Positions 1 through 11,185 of a DNA stretch of 64,000 bases are shown in pieces. The first letter of the stretch is position 1. Each line of letters begins with the position of its first letter. Position numbers and translations under genes: made by a program. The notes below the pieces were generated by a model. That model ran no database searches and was not told the origin of the DNA. It saw nothing but the letters and a program-made list of their open reading frames with translations. This DNA comes from Lama guanicoe. Taxonomy: Eukaryota. The DNA lies in the NCBI GenBank assembly GCA_013239625.1, contig MU053881.1:15926373-15990372 (forward strand), written 5' to 3'.

Positions 1-1250
1 TTAGGGAGTTCAAAAGTTCCCCAAAATGGCCATCAGTGTTCTAAATTATTTTGGGGTTAAGTCAGTCCATTTAGTTAGAAATGGGCATGAGTAGAGACTG
101 ATTGGGGAGTGGGGGGTAATTTGGTTTGTTTGTTTGTTTGTTTTTAGAGGAGATACTTGGAATTGAACCCAGGACCTTGAATATGCTAAGCATATGCTCT
201 ACAACTTGAGCTACACCCTCCCCAGGATTGTGATTTTTAAACATAAAGTTGACTGGGATCCCTAAAGGGGAGTGGAGGGGAACCCTCAAAACATTTAGAT
301 GACTGTAATCCCATTTCTTAGAGGTTTTTCTTTAGAGCGAAGGGAAGAAAAATCTTAAACAGCACAGTTCCCATAGAAACACCCAGGTGCCAAAAGGAAC
401 CAGACTGAGGACTAGTACAGTTTCAGTAGAAACAGCCTGGTTTCAAAAGTCAGGCCAAAGTGCCAAATGGGTAATCACAGAAAGGACAAAGCCTTAAAAA
501 AAAAAAAAAAAAAAGCAGGTCCTGAATAAAGTCTGGAGACTTTAAAAATGCAAAAAAAAAGCAGATTTTAAATCCAGGAGAAAATTTACCCTCAAACTTG
601 GGAAGAAAGGACTGGGCTCAGTGGGCTCTGTGGGTACCAGCACCTGTTTGCTTACCATCCTCAGTCTTATTAGGGGTCCTTTCTGGACCCCACTTCTCAG
701 ACATCAAGTAAAATTTACCTAAAACAATTAAACAATCAGTTATTTTACCGAAAAAAAAAAAAGAAGAAGAAGGAGGAGGGGTACTCGGGAAAACAATTGC
801 AATTTGGGATATGCAAATTATAGTGAACCACAGACAAGCCTGGAGAACGTAGGAGAGAAATGTTCTCTTATAGAGGAGAAGGGGGAGTTGGGAGGGGCTG
901 TTGTAAACAAAGAGTCCACTGGAGGAAACTGGGAGTTCAGAGTGTAGTGGCTTTTCATTGGCTGAGTTGTGACAGTCTCTAACTGGCTGGTCTGTTGCCG
1001 GGCAGGGAGGAATCCTTCCTTCCTCCTGCAGAGTAGCAAAGTAGTCATCTTCTTCCTGTTGGAGGTGCAAAAGTACCACCTCTGTCTGTTGCAGAATTGA
1101 CACTGAGAGGTAGGTCATAGGAGTTCACCCTTCTGGCCTCCCCACCCCATTTTAAATGAGGTTTCTGTTTATTCGTTTTCATGTTTCCCCGCTTTGATCA
1201 AAAGCTTTCTCTGAAAGCTGATCCAGAGTCAGGTTTGTTTTCCCAGGTCA
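1..1250 (-). mobile_element. Degenerate ERV (class I-like) LTR (~700-1250) plus 5' internal region (1-700), interrupted by a SINE
   Basis: The minus strand has CCAAT (tcagccaatg, ~955-965) and a TATA-like ctctataaga (~867-876). A PBS-like TGATGTCTGAGAAGTGGGG (~687-705) follows the LTR end. No intact ORF; boundaries approximate. Confidence 0.5.
110..223 (-). mobile_element. tRNA-derived SINE (camelid Vic-1-like)
   Basis: The reverse complement reads GGGGAGGGTGTAGCTCAAGTTGTAGAGCATATGCTTAGC...GGTCCTGGGTTCAATTCC (A/B boxes), followed by an (AAAC)n tail and the CCAAATTACCCCC 3' motif seen in the other copies. Confidence 0.85.
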
Positions 1251-1329
1251 GTGAGCTCAGCAGGCATGTATTCTCTCATCAGGAACACTTCCTGACTGGG
1301 GGCTGCCCCACCAGCTGGGTTTTTGGTTG

Positions 1330-2340
1330 CTGTGATTTGCTGTCCTTGGTATTAGGGGTCTGACAGCACAGGGTGCTTCATCCATTTCACCGTCAATCAC
1401 CTTAACATCCTCCCCTTCAGTCCCCTCACTTTCCCAGGGGTCCCACCTCTTAGTGGCTTTATCGCAGGTGCTCCAACCTTAATCTGAGGCGGCTTGCACC
1501 CTCCTAGCTTTGCAGAACAGCACACTCAGTTCTCCAACTTAATATCCTGCTTTCCCACCTTCTCCACTAGCCCCAAAGCTATCAGAGTAGTGAACAACTT
1601 CACATCTTTCTCTAACCTCAACTTTTCCTCCAATTTGCTAACTGAGCTTCAGCCTCTAGTTGGCATGGGTGGCCAGCTCCCTGTGACAGTCATTTATCTC
1701 CCTTCTTTGCTCAACTGCACTCTGCACAGTTCCTCAAACAGCACATTAGACCAGGTGATGTTTTCAGGGCATCTCTGTACTCATGTGGAGGTCCACAAGC
1801 ATCTAATATACAGGACACTCTTCCTCACACAGAGGTCGATGGCCATCCAGTAATTTCCCCCTCAGATGCCTCTTTCCCAAGGCCCATTCCTTCAGTCTCC
1901 TGGCTGGCTCACCAATTGTTGGCTCCCAACCTCCAGAACCAACCCAAGCTGGTATTCCCTGAGTGAAATCTGAAACTGGCCCCTGTAGACAGAGGGTAAG
2001 GAGTGACGGAAGAAGGAGGCAGAACACTCCATAATTATAGGTGGCAGGTTTAATAAGCAAGGAAACTTACTTAAAAGGCTTGTCTTGGGTGCCTGCAAGA
2101 TGAGTAGGTCTCAGCCCTCACCCACCATGATCTTACAAGTTTACACAGAGATCTTAACGGGGTTCAGTCAGATGTATCAACCAGATGGCTTCAAAAATGC
2201 ATTATTCTCTCAAGGTTGTGGCTTAAAGTGGCTTGAAGTGAGAAAAGTGGGCAGAACATATATTCTAGTATAGAGGAAGGGGGGTGGAAAAGGATAGAGG
2301 AAGAGATAAGGAGCCTCTAATTGCCCCGTTCAGCTCTCAG
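1330..2340 (-). mobile_element. Decayed ERVL-like internal fragment with adjacent LTR remnant
   Basis: The minus strand has stop-interrupted gag-like reading fragments (e.g. a W-D-P-W motif near 1430-1447) and an LTR-like segment ~2000-2340 with ATTAAA (tttaat ~2049). Pattern recognition only. Confidence 0.3.
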
Positions 2341-3019
2341 GTCAACTGGTCATCACATCCTCTCAATGACCTCTTCCAACAAGAAAACATGGTTTGGATG
2401 CCCACACTCAGTCCTGGGGCTGCTTCAGAGGCCCAAGACTGAGAAAGGGGTGCTGATTGAACTGCAGACCCAGGGAAATGTCCAATGTGGGTCGAGGGCA
2501 CTCTGGAGCTGGTGTGTATTATAGGAGAGGGAGAGGCTGCTGGAACGGGGATCAGGGAAGGAGCTGGAAGGAAAACAAGAACAACTGTGACACGACTGGA
2601 GAGATAAGAATCCACCCAGGGACAGGCAATGGATTAAATTCTAGACTCCTCTTTAGGGAAAGCAAGAGCCAGGGAGACACACATTCCCCTGGGACCCAGG
2701 AACCCCATTTTGGGGAGCTCCATCTAAGGAAAGGATTCAGTCAAATCCAAAACTTATCAACTGATGATAAGGATGAAGTCTCACAGGGTAGTGAGAATGC
2801 ACTAGGCATTGAGCCAAACATTTTTGATATATTGATGTATTTAATTCTCATAATGACTTGGGATGTAGCTGATATCACACTCATTCTATAAGAAAGCACT
2901 AAATAAATAAATAAGTAAAACTAATGAAAGAAACCACAGTGTCAGCAGGATGAAGTAGCTGGTCCAGAGCCAAGATGGAATTTGAGGGGAGGTCTGATTC
3001 CTAAGCTGCACCTAAGACC

Positions 3020-3230
3020 CTCCAGGGCAGTGCTTCTCACCCTCCACACTCCTGAGATGGAGCATTCTCTGTGGCGGTGGGACCACCGTCCTGTGCACTG
3101 TGGGAAGTTGAGCGTAAGCCCCGCCTCCACTCGCTAGCGGCCAGCACCCTTCCTCCTGCAGCTGTGAAAACCAAAACTGGCTCTAGCCATTGTCAAATGT
3201 CCCCCTGGGGGCAGAAATGCCCCTGGGCCA
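3020..3230. mobile_element. MER20-like hAT DNA transposon relic
   Basis: CAGTGCTTCTCA...CCTGTGCACTGTGGGAAGTTGAGC...CCATTGTCAAATGTCCCCCTGGGGGCAGAAATGCCCCTGG matches my recollection of the MER20 consensus. A similar copy lies at 11915-12140. Confidence 0.7.
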
Positions 3231-3374
3231 GCGGCTTTCTACAAGCATGGAGATGTCCCTCTGTCGCCCACACGGGGCTACTCACAACTAAAAACACTTC
3301 AATGTCCCAAAGTAAGGCATTCTGTCAATGCAATGAAATGTATGTGTAGTTTAATGAACAGAAATAAAACAGTT

Positions 3375-3600
3375 GAACAGATACACGTTACTGCACGTAA
3401 AATAGATAAACAACAAGGACCTACTGTATAGCAAAGGGAACTAGATTCAATTTCTTGTAATGAGCTGTAGTGGAAAAGAAACTGAAAAAACATATATGTA
3501 TGTAATTATGTGCATAACTGAATCACTTTGTTGTAGACCTAAAACTAACATTGTAAATTGACTACATGTTAATAAAAAATAAGAATTAAAGAAAAGAAGG
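3375..3600 (+). mobile_element. L1 3'-end fragment
   Basis: AAAATAGATAAACAACAAGGACCTACTGTATAGCAAAGGGAACTAG...ACTGAATCACTTTG...AATAAAAAATAA is typical of a laurasiatherian L1 3' UTR with an A-rich tail. Confidence 0.75.
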
Positions 3601-3851
3601 TGATGAGAGCTACACATAAAAGAACACACCCAGAAAATGAAAAAAAAAAAAAACCTAAAAAACAACAAAAAAAGAAAGAAAATAGTTGATGGAGGGAAGC
3701 AGGATGATTGGATCTTTGCGTCCTTTACGGACTTTTTTCTTCAATGTCTCTATGTTATTGTCTTAATATTAACCATGAAAAGAAAAACCTTTGTGTGTGC
3801 TCTCTGCTCCTAGAATCATGTCTCTTCCCTGCCTACCCCAACCTTCTCTCT

Positions 3852-4240
3852 CTTTTTTTTTTTTTTGAGAAGTATAGTCAGTTACAATGTGTCAGTTTCT
3901 GGTGTACAGCATCATGTTTCAGTCGTGCATATACATACATATATTTGTTTTCATATGCTTTATTATTATAGGTTACTACAAGATACAGAATATAGTTCCC
4001 TATGCTATTACAGAAGAAATTTGTTTTTTATCTATTTTATATATAGTAGTTAATATTTGCAAATCTTGAATTCCCAATTTGTCCCTTCCCATCCCCTTTA
4101 CCTCTGGTAACCATAAGATTGTTTACTATGTCTGTGAGTCTGTTTCTCTTTTGTAGGCAAGTTCATTAATGTCTTATTTTTCCTTTTTTTAGATTTCTCA
4201 TATGAGTGATATCATACGGTATTTTTCTTTCTGCCTGACC
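3852..4240 (-). mobile_element. L1 3'-end fragment
   Basis: Poly-T, then GAAGTATAGTCAGTTACAATGTG...TATAGTTCCCTATGCTA...TTTTTAGATTTCTCATATGAGTGATATCATACGGTATTT: an antisense L1 3' end. Confidence 0.75.
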
Positions 4241-4369
4241 TTCCCTTAACTGAGCCCCTTATAAACATTTGGTTTCTACTTGCCTACAAGGAATATTCCA
4301 GAACACTTCCTTGGAACTTAGTTTGTTAAAACAAAGAGTCAAAGCTGGAACTATTTGAATGACAAAATA

Positions 4370-5135
4370 AACAATGGAAAGTGTAAAAGAAATATCCCCG
4401 AGTCCACACTGATTTAAATAAATGATTGAATAAATAAATAAATGGGGGAGAAGAGACATCTCCCAGGCAGAAGAATCCCGAATAATTTATGCAGATGCTC
4501 TGCCCTCAAGGAGGTGGAGGGTGACACCTCATCCCTTAGGTTTGGGCTGTATATAGTGACTTCCTTCCAGAGGGTACAGCACAGAAAGAGGGGAAGAGAG
4601 TAACTCGACGGTGGAGACACCTGGTAGACACTTCAGCCAGGTGACTTCAACATTACAGTGATACGTTATATTGGTGGCATGTGCCCTGGACACGGTGTGA
4701 TGAGAAGGGGGCTTTGCCTCTGTGGTCCTCCCTAAACCCATCACCCCAGTTCAATCATGAGAAAAACACCAGACAAATCCTAGCTGAGGGCCATCCTTCA
4801 AAACACCTCAAAACTGTCAAGATCATCAAAACCAAGAAAGTCTCAGAAAGGATTCCAGTCCAGGGGAGCCTAAAGAGACATGACAACTAAATGTAACCTG
4901 GGGATCCCAGGACAGACATTAGGGAACATGAGGAGATCTGAATAATGCACGGACTCCAGTTAGCAATAATGTTCTCAGTCAGTACTGGTTCATTAATTTT
5001 AACACACGTCCCATATAGATGTAAAATGGTAAAAATAGGAGAAATGAGGTGTGGGGTACAGGCAACATTTTTGTATTATCTTTGCTATTTTTCTGCAAAT
5101 CAAAAGCTATTCCAAAATAAAATGCTTCTTTAAAA
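4370..5135 (+). mobile_element. Old L1M (L1MC/ME-like) 3' fragment
   Basis: Characteristic ...CCTAAAGAGACATGACAACTAAATGTAA...TATTATCTTTGCTATTTTTCTGCAAATCAAAAGCTATTCCAAAATAAAA terminus. Confidence 0.55.
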
Positions 5136-5148
5136 AAATAACAAATCT

Positions 5149-5285
5149 GGGGGGGAGCTTATAGGGTAGAGTGTGTGCTTTAGCATGCACAAGGTCCAGA
5201 GTTCGATCCCCAGTCCCTCCATTAAAACTAAGTAAATAAAAAAAAACAAACATAATTACCTCCCCCCCCAAAAAAACTTAAAAAT
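5149..5285 (+). mobile_element. tRNA-derived SINE (Vic-1-like)
   Basis: GGGGGGGAGCTTATAGGGTAGAGTGTGTGCTTTAGCATGCACAAGGTCCAGAGTTCGATCCCCAG plus A-rich tail and TAATTACCTCCCCC. Confidence 0.8.
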
Positions 5286-5681
5286 AACAAAGCTAAAAGC
5301 TGAGGAATGGTAGCACAACTATTTCTACTTGGAATTTTAGAGAGAAAAAAATCACAAACTTTCTGTTTGCAGAGCTAGGACTAGAGTGAGATGAATAAGG
5401 TACTTGCTTTGGCTGCAAAATATGGGGCAAGGGGCACCTAACAGTTCTATTATTGTTATCACCATCTTATAGCTATGGAAACTGAGACAGAGAGGAAATC
5501 GCTTGCCCACAGTCTCACAGAGAGGCAGGGCTGCTCACACACAATATTAGCCTCCACTGGAAATTGTGGTCCCGAGCTGACTCTCAGGTTTGAAACTAGC
5601 ACAGTGGGGCTCCCATAAGTCAGCTTTGCCAAGCGTTGTGCACCTGGAGTCCTGGCCTGGGAGGGAGGCCCCTGCTTATGG

Positions 5682-6283
5682 TGTTGCTGACAATTAGGTT
5701 CTTGTCTCATCCCTGGAAGAATTCGGAGACGACATGCGGAGGTTAAGAAAGTAAAGTGAGGATTTATTAAGGGATGGATAGTACACTGTCAAGGAGAGAG
5801 CAGGCAGGCTCGGGTGAGCAGCTGCACTGAGCTTCTTTGGCAAGTTGGTTACAGAGGGTAAAAATGAATGGGCGGAATATTCATTGGGGAGGGAAGGGTT
5901 TGGGATCGTATTCCCTGATCTCCATCCGAGCTCCACCTTCCCCAGGGGAGGAAGGATTTCTGTCCTTAGTATGAATTGGAAGTGTCACAGTGTCGGTGCA
6001 TGACAGATACTTCTAATCTGCAAGGCTAATATTATTGTAATGAGGCATAATGAGCAAATGGTTACATTCAGACACAGGAGATTCCTGCTTTTTCCCAGCT
6101 TTCTTTGCCTGCCTCTAGGACATTTGTCACCCCAAAATGTGTGATCTCTTATCAGGTCGGAGGTTCCTGCTTTTTTTCTGTCTGCCCAAGGACCCCCATT
6201 GTTCACAAGATGTATGGTTTCCTGCCATTTGGCCCGGGCCCCTTCTTTTTCTGCTCCTATCTAGCTATCTGCCTACTCTAACA
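5682..6283 (-). mobile_element. Solo ERV LTR ~1.6 kb upstream of BST2
   Basis: About 600 bp bounded by TGTT...AACA inverted termini, with a minus-strand AATAAA (tttatt 5763-5768). No clear TSD seen. Confidence 0.6.
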
Positions 6284-7476
6284 CTGCAAGGAGGCAAGAA
6301 CTTAATCTTTGGCAGGAGTGAGGCACACAAGCTCCCCCTGGGCCTCCTCCACAAGATTGTCTCTGATCCCATGTCATTTGGCTGCTGAGTGGCTTTAAGG
6401 GGTGGGGGGGCTTCTAGGCAGAGGAATGTCCAACTGGAGGCCAGGGCTTCTGGCCTTGGCCCTGACCACCATCTGACCCAGCTAACTGCAAACACTAGAA
6501 ATGGCTGACCCAAGAGAATCTGGGTTGTGGTCAGGCTGTGACTAAAAGAAGCCACTGGAAAAAGCACACAGCTGCCTTCCAGAGGTCACAGCCGGCAGCT
6601 GGTAATCAGGCTGATTTCCAGCAGCAAGCTCCAGCTCCCTTGGTCACATAGAGGAAAGGTCAGTATGGCCTAAGTTTCCTCAAACCTCCCTCCAGGGTCC
6701 AACCCCTTTTAGGGGCCTCTTCCCAGACAGCACCCCCCCCAGGCCCTTTGGGTTCAGCATGTCCCAAATGGACCTGATTGTCTTTCCTCAAAATGTGCTT
6801 CTCACTCTGTGGCCCTGTTTTCACATTATCCACCTCTCCTGCCCTGTGCCACAGGACCAGCCATACACCCACTGAGAGCCTGCTGGATGCCAAAGCGCTT
6901 TACTCAAAACTCCTCATTGGCCCTCCTAATGAGGCTGCTCCTGTTATTGCCCATTTTACAGATAAGGAAACTGAGGTTTAGAGGGTTTACATCGCACCCT
7001 GGAGTGGCAGGGGCAGATTCTGGAAGTAGGAGGCTGTTTCTGGCTGGAGCCAGACTAGTACCTGGGCGACCTTGTTCGTTGGCTGGGGCGGCCTCTGGTG
7101 GCCAAGTGGGGCAACTGCAGTCTTGGTCACAGGGCGTGGGGGTGTCCATCCAGATGACCCCCTTCCTTCCGCCAGGCTATGATCCTGCCTCTGACACCCT
7201 CTATGGCTCTCTGTAGTCCCCTTTGCGGGGTCAGGGATGCTAACTGAACCCCTGCTAGGTCTAGGTCACCACGGAGACCCGTGAACTCAAAACCCAGCCT
7301 CTTTGGTCAGATCCAGACCTGGCCCCCTGTCCACCACTCACCTCTCAACCTCACTTTTTTCATCTGGGGACTGGAACAAAAATGTCCTTCGCCTCTTCAG
7401 GTCATGGGACAGATGGAGACAAAGCTGACATACACTAGGCGCTCAGTAACTGCAGTTGTCACTCTCAGAAACATGT

Positions 7477-7600
7477 AGGAGAGGGTGTATAGCTCAGTGG
7501 TAGAGAGCATGTGTTCAATCCCCAGTACCTCCGTTAAAATAAATAAATAAATAAACCTAATTACCCCCTCCTCCTGGTCCTCCTGCAAAGAAAGAAACAT
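7477..7600 (+). mobile_element. tRNA-derived SINE (Vic-1-like, internally deleted) just upstream of the BST2 promoter
   Basis: GGAGAGGGTGTATAGCTCAGTGGTAGAGAGCATG..TTCAATCCCCAGTACCTCC plus (AAAT)n tail, flanked by AGAAACAT direct repeats (TSD). Confidence 0.85.
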
Positions 7601-7736
7601 TTAAGAGAAGGGCAGGGACTTGAGATGGGGTGTCGCAGGCAGTCCTAGCTGCCCCTCCAAAGGATCTCATTGGCCAGCATCCAGCCCAGAAATCCCCAAG
7701 GCTATAATTTGGCAGAAACAACTCACCTTTTTTCTT

Positions 7737-7765
7737 GGGAAAATGAAAAAGGAAACCGAAACCTA
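7737..7765 (+). promoter_or_regulatory. ISRE/IRF element of the BST2 promoter
   Basis: GGGAAAATGAAAAAGGAAACCGAAACC contains GAAACCGAAAC (GAAANNGAAA consensus) plus a second tandem GAAA pair, ~200 bp upstream of the CDS. BST2 is a known interferon-stimulated gene. Confidence 0.8.
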
Positions 7766-7862
7766 AAGCCTGGGCTGTCCTCTGCCTGCAGATTTCACAT
7801 TCAACACCTCCAAGTCAGAGGACCCTCCCAGAACTCGTCATTGGTCAGCACAGCTCCTATGC

Positions 7863-7870
7863 TTATAAGG
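7863..7870 (+). promoter_or_regulatory. TATA-like box of BST2
   Basis: CTTATAAGGGG about 80 bp upstream of the coding start, preceded by a reverse CCAAT (ATTGG ~7840). Confidence 0.55.
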
Positions 7871-7974
7871 GGGCAGCCCCAGTCCACAGAAGGTTCCAGC
7901 GCCCTTCTCTAACTCCCATCCAAACTCCCTACTGGCAGATCTAGTTGGCACCCACTTTTTATCACTACAGCCCT

Positions 7975-9825
7975 ATGCCCATGCTCGACTACTGTTGGAA
8001 GTGGATGCAGGAGGACTGCAAGATGCCGAGATGGCTGAGGATTCTGCTGTTCCTGGTGGTGGTGGTGGTGGTGGTGGTGCTTCTGCTTGTGCCCTTGATC
8101 ATCTTCGCTATCAGGGCCAACAGCAAGAGCTGCATGGATGGCCTCCAAGCAGAGCAGGAGTGTCAGAACTCCACCAACCTCCTGCAGCAGCAGCTAACCC
8201 AGACCCAGGAAGTCTTACAGGAGACCAAAGCCCAGGCCACCATCTGCAACCAAACTGTGGTAAGCCACTGCACCCTCTAGAGCGCCCTGTGCTTGGGGCG
8301 CTCTCACAGGGCCTACATGGAGATCCATCAAGATAGACTTTGAAACTGCCCCTGGATATCCACACCACGGTTTGGGAACCTCTAAATTCTTCAGGGTGCT
8401 GCTGTCAGGGGGCCTTAAAAGTCTCCAGAGCACCCTAATCGGGGGTTTCAGCAACCCTGCTAGGATGTGGGGGGACTCTCCAATTTCCAGGGCACTGATT
8501 TGGGGGAGCTAGAAACTGCTCTCAGGCCCCAGTGTTGGGGGAGAAGTCCCCTCAAGGGATTGGGATGGGGACTTCACCAGGTCCCAGAGAAAGAAAGGGC
8601 TCTTGATACTTCCACTGCGTCTAGACAGACTTTGAAACCTTCACTTGCGTCCTGATGCAGGGGACCTTGACACTCCCATTGGACATGTAACTTTGGCTCC
8701 AAAATCCCCCTGGGTTCTGGTTTGGGGAGAACCTCTCAAGCTCCCTGGGCAATAGCCCAGGGGATCTGGAAATTTCTCCTAGAGTTTAGGCATTGGGAGC
8801 CTCCAAAGTCTCTTGTGGGGGGCCTCAAAACTCCCATTTTGAGGATCACAGTCTTATGGGTGGCCCTGGGAAGATGGGAAGTTGTGGCCATTCTTCAAGG
8901 TGGGAGACTGAGGTGCAGGGAGGGTTGGAGAGGAAACTGAAGAAGGGGTTGGACCTGAGCTCCTCTGACCCCAGGACCTAGGGAGGGATCCAGGACCCAA
9001 GGACAGAAGCCCGGTTCCTGACCCTCCCCTCTATCCCAGGAGACCCTGAGGGATTCTCTGGAGAAGGAGAAGGCTCTGGGTCGGGAGCAGCTGGCACATG
9101 TGGAGGAGCTTCAGGGTGAGCAAAGCACAAGTCCAGGGTCCCACGGAGGGGGCTCAGAGGGGTGGGCCAGGTATTGAAAAGGACTGGGGAGGGAAGGTCC
9201 CAGGGTTGGGGTCAGGAGAGAGGGCCCGGGCCAGAATCCAGTTGGAGGGGTGGGTAAGAGAGTGGGCCAGCTTTCCAAGCTGGGGCTGGAGGAGGGCAGG
9301 GTTGGAGGGGGTGGGGTCAGGCAAGGGGGGTGGCCACCGTGTCGACAGGGCCCCTGATTCTGTCTCCCCGCCACTCTCCACCAGATGAGGTCCTGACATT
9401 GAAACAGAAGCTCAACACTTTGGAGGAGGCAGAGCGACAAAGGTCCGAGATGACGCCCCTCAGGCCACGCCCCTTTCACCCCACCCCCAAGACTCTGGAC
9501 CCCTTTGGTTCGGAGAAACTCATCGTTGCTCAGGGAGCAAAGTTTAAAAGCCTCAGCCTTGTCCCTTGTGTCACACAGCCATGGGTTGGCCACTGCCCAC
9601 TCTCCTCCCCAGTGACTTGGTGGTGGGTGGAGGAGTGGAGATTCTTAGGGGAGAAGCCTAGAGCTGCTGGAGCCATCCAGCAGCTGCCAGAGTTGTCCCT
9701 ATCTCTACTCCAGAGAAAGAAGTGAGGCCTCAGCAGCTAACAGCTCTTCCAGCTGCTGGAGCATCCTGGGCTTCCTGATCACTCTGAACATGTTGAGCCT
9801 ATGCCTCAAGTCTTGGCAGGGCTGA
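7975..9825 (+). CDS. BST2: Bone marrow stromal antigen 2 / tetherin (CD317); 176 aa from the first ATG, 186 aa if the TTG at 7945 is used
   Basis: Exons 7975(7945)-8259, 9040-9115, 9385-9442, 9714-9825, all GT-AG, phases 0/1/2. Product: short cytoplasmic tail, TM helix, coiled coil with three Cys (ANSKSC, EQEC, ATICN) and two N-glycan sequons (NST, NQT), then a GPI-type signal (..AANSSSSCWSILGFLITLNMLSLCLKSWQG*). Donor at 9844/9845 and a non-coding last exon from 10082. Syntenic with CCDC194 and PLVAP. Confidence 0.95.
8056..8079 (+). repeat. (GTG)8 coding microsatellite, poly-Val in the BST2 TM helix
   Basis: Eight perfect in-frame GTG codons in ILLFL-V8-LLLVPLIIFAI. Confidence 0.95.
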
Positions 9826-10598
9826 GGTCCCAGGAAGCCGGCTGGTAAGGAGGGGAGTAGCCAGGGGGAGACGCTGGGAAGGGCCGGGAGTCAGGGATGG
9901 GTCAGGGCCTGGGCAGGTGACCTGTCTGCTGAGGTAGAGGGCTGGGCACAGAGGAGAAGGATCTTGGAGCGGGACAGAGAGCTCCCTGAGGAGGGAGGGG
10001 GCCCTGGAGCCGGGCGGGGCTTCGGAGAGGGCAGAGCCCATGTTCTGTCCACCTCTGAGTCCCTGTTTTGATGTTTTTTAGGCCACAACCTGGACTGGTC
10101 CGGTTCCCACTCAGCTTTGTCCTTCGAGGCTTCCTGACCTAGCCAGTCCTGAGGGGACCACATGGCAACATGGTTGGGGGGGTGGGGAATGGGGTGGCAG
10201 CAGGGGGTCCATGGGGCAGCTCCCGAGGGATGCCTTGGGAATGGAGACGTAGTGGAGTGGGCCCAAGGCTGCCCCAGAGCTGGGGAGGGCATGCAGAGTG
10301 CTTCTTGCTGTTACGGTTTCTAGAAGGTCACTTCCTTCTGGGCTCTTTGGGCCCCATTGAGGGGGGGAAAAACCTTACTCTGAAGTTTTTGGAGTATTAT
10401 TGCGCCACCCCAAGCATCTGGGACCTGCCCTGTGGGCAAGGGTGGACACCCATTGACATCTACCCCCAGCCTTCCCTGTTCTAGAATGTCCCCAGGAATC
10501 CCTGGGGTTCCAGCAGGCACCACTCCACTGCCTCCCCAGCCCTTTCCTCTGCTGGGATCATCCTAAAGGACTCTACACCCAGGTCAGTGCTCCCTGTC

Positions 10599-11185
10599 TG
10601 AAGGGGAAATAACAAAATGGCCACACTTAGGCTAATTCCTGGCCCTATACTTGCCGTTTGCTTTTAAAATGGTCAGCAAATCTGATTAACCGGACACTGG
10701 CCCCAGCCCCAGGCCCATCATTAGAGTTAGAGTTCTTAACTTCCTTGTTTATTTTACCTTACTCTGGCAATTGAAGTTTACAATCATGTTTGGAATTTGA
10801 GTCATTCCCCCAGGAAGGGAGTCATGGGACAATAATCCTAGGAAAATGACCAGACCCCTAGAAGTTCCTTCTGGTGCCTGATGAATCTGATCAGATAAAG
10901 AAGGTCATGGGCGGACACACCAAGATTCAGACTACGGAATCCTCTGCTTCCAGGAGGAAGATTTAACAGAGACTTTTGTTAATTCATGTCCCCTTTTACA
11001 CCCTAATTTGTTCACTGTATAATCACTAAGCCCCAGCCCTAAAACGGGCTCACAGTTTTCAAGGCACTAGCCTACTGTGAGGCCCTCTTTGCCTGGCAAA
11101 GCAATAAAGCTACCTCTTCTAAACTCTAAGACCTGGTCTCTGAGTTATTTGCCTTGTCAGGGACAGAGCTGATCTTTCAGCAACA
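10599..11185 (+). mobile_element. Solo ERV1-like LTR downstream of / within the BST2 3' UTR
   Basis: TG...CA termini (TGAAGGGG...CAGCAACA), near-identical 4-bp flanks TGTC/TGCC, TATA-like CTGTATAATC (~11015-11024) and AATAAA at 11103-11108. Confidence 0.75.

Noticed and set aside
1..7400. A second BST2 paralog (as in ruminant duplications) upstream
   Set aside because: No tetherin-like exon was recognised; the region is mostly TE relics. A paralog outside the window cannot be excluded.
7960..8007. Possible 24-nt internal duplication in the BST2 tail (YHYSPMPM / LDYCWKWM)
   Set aside because: Only the Y and M positions coincide; nucleotide similarity is too weak to support it.
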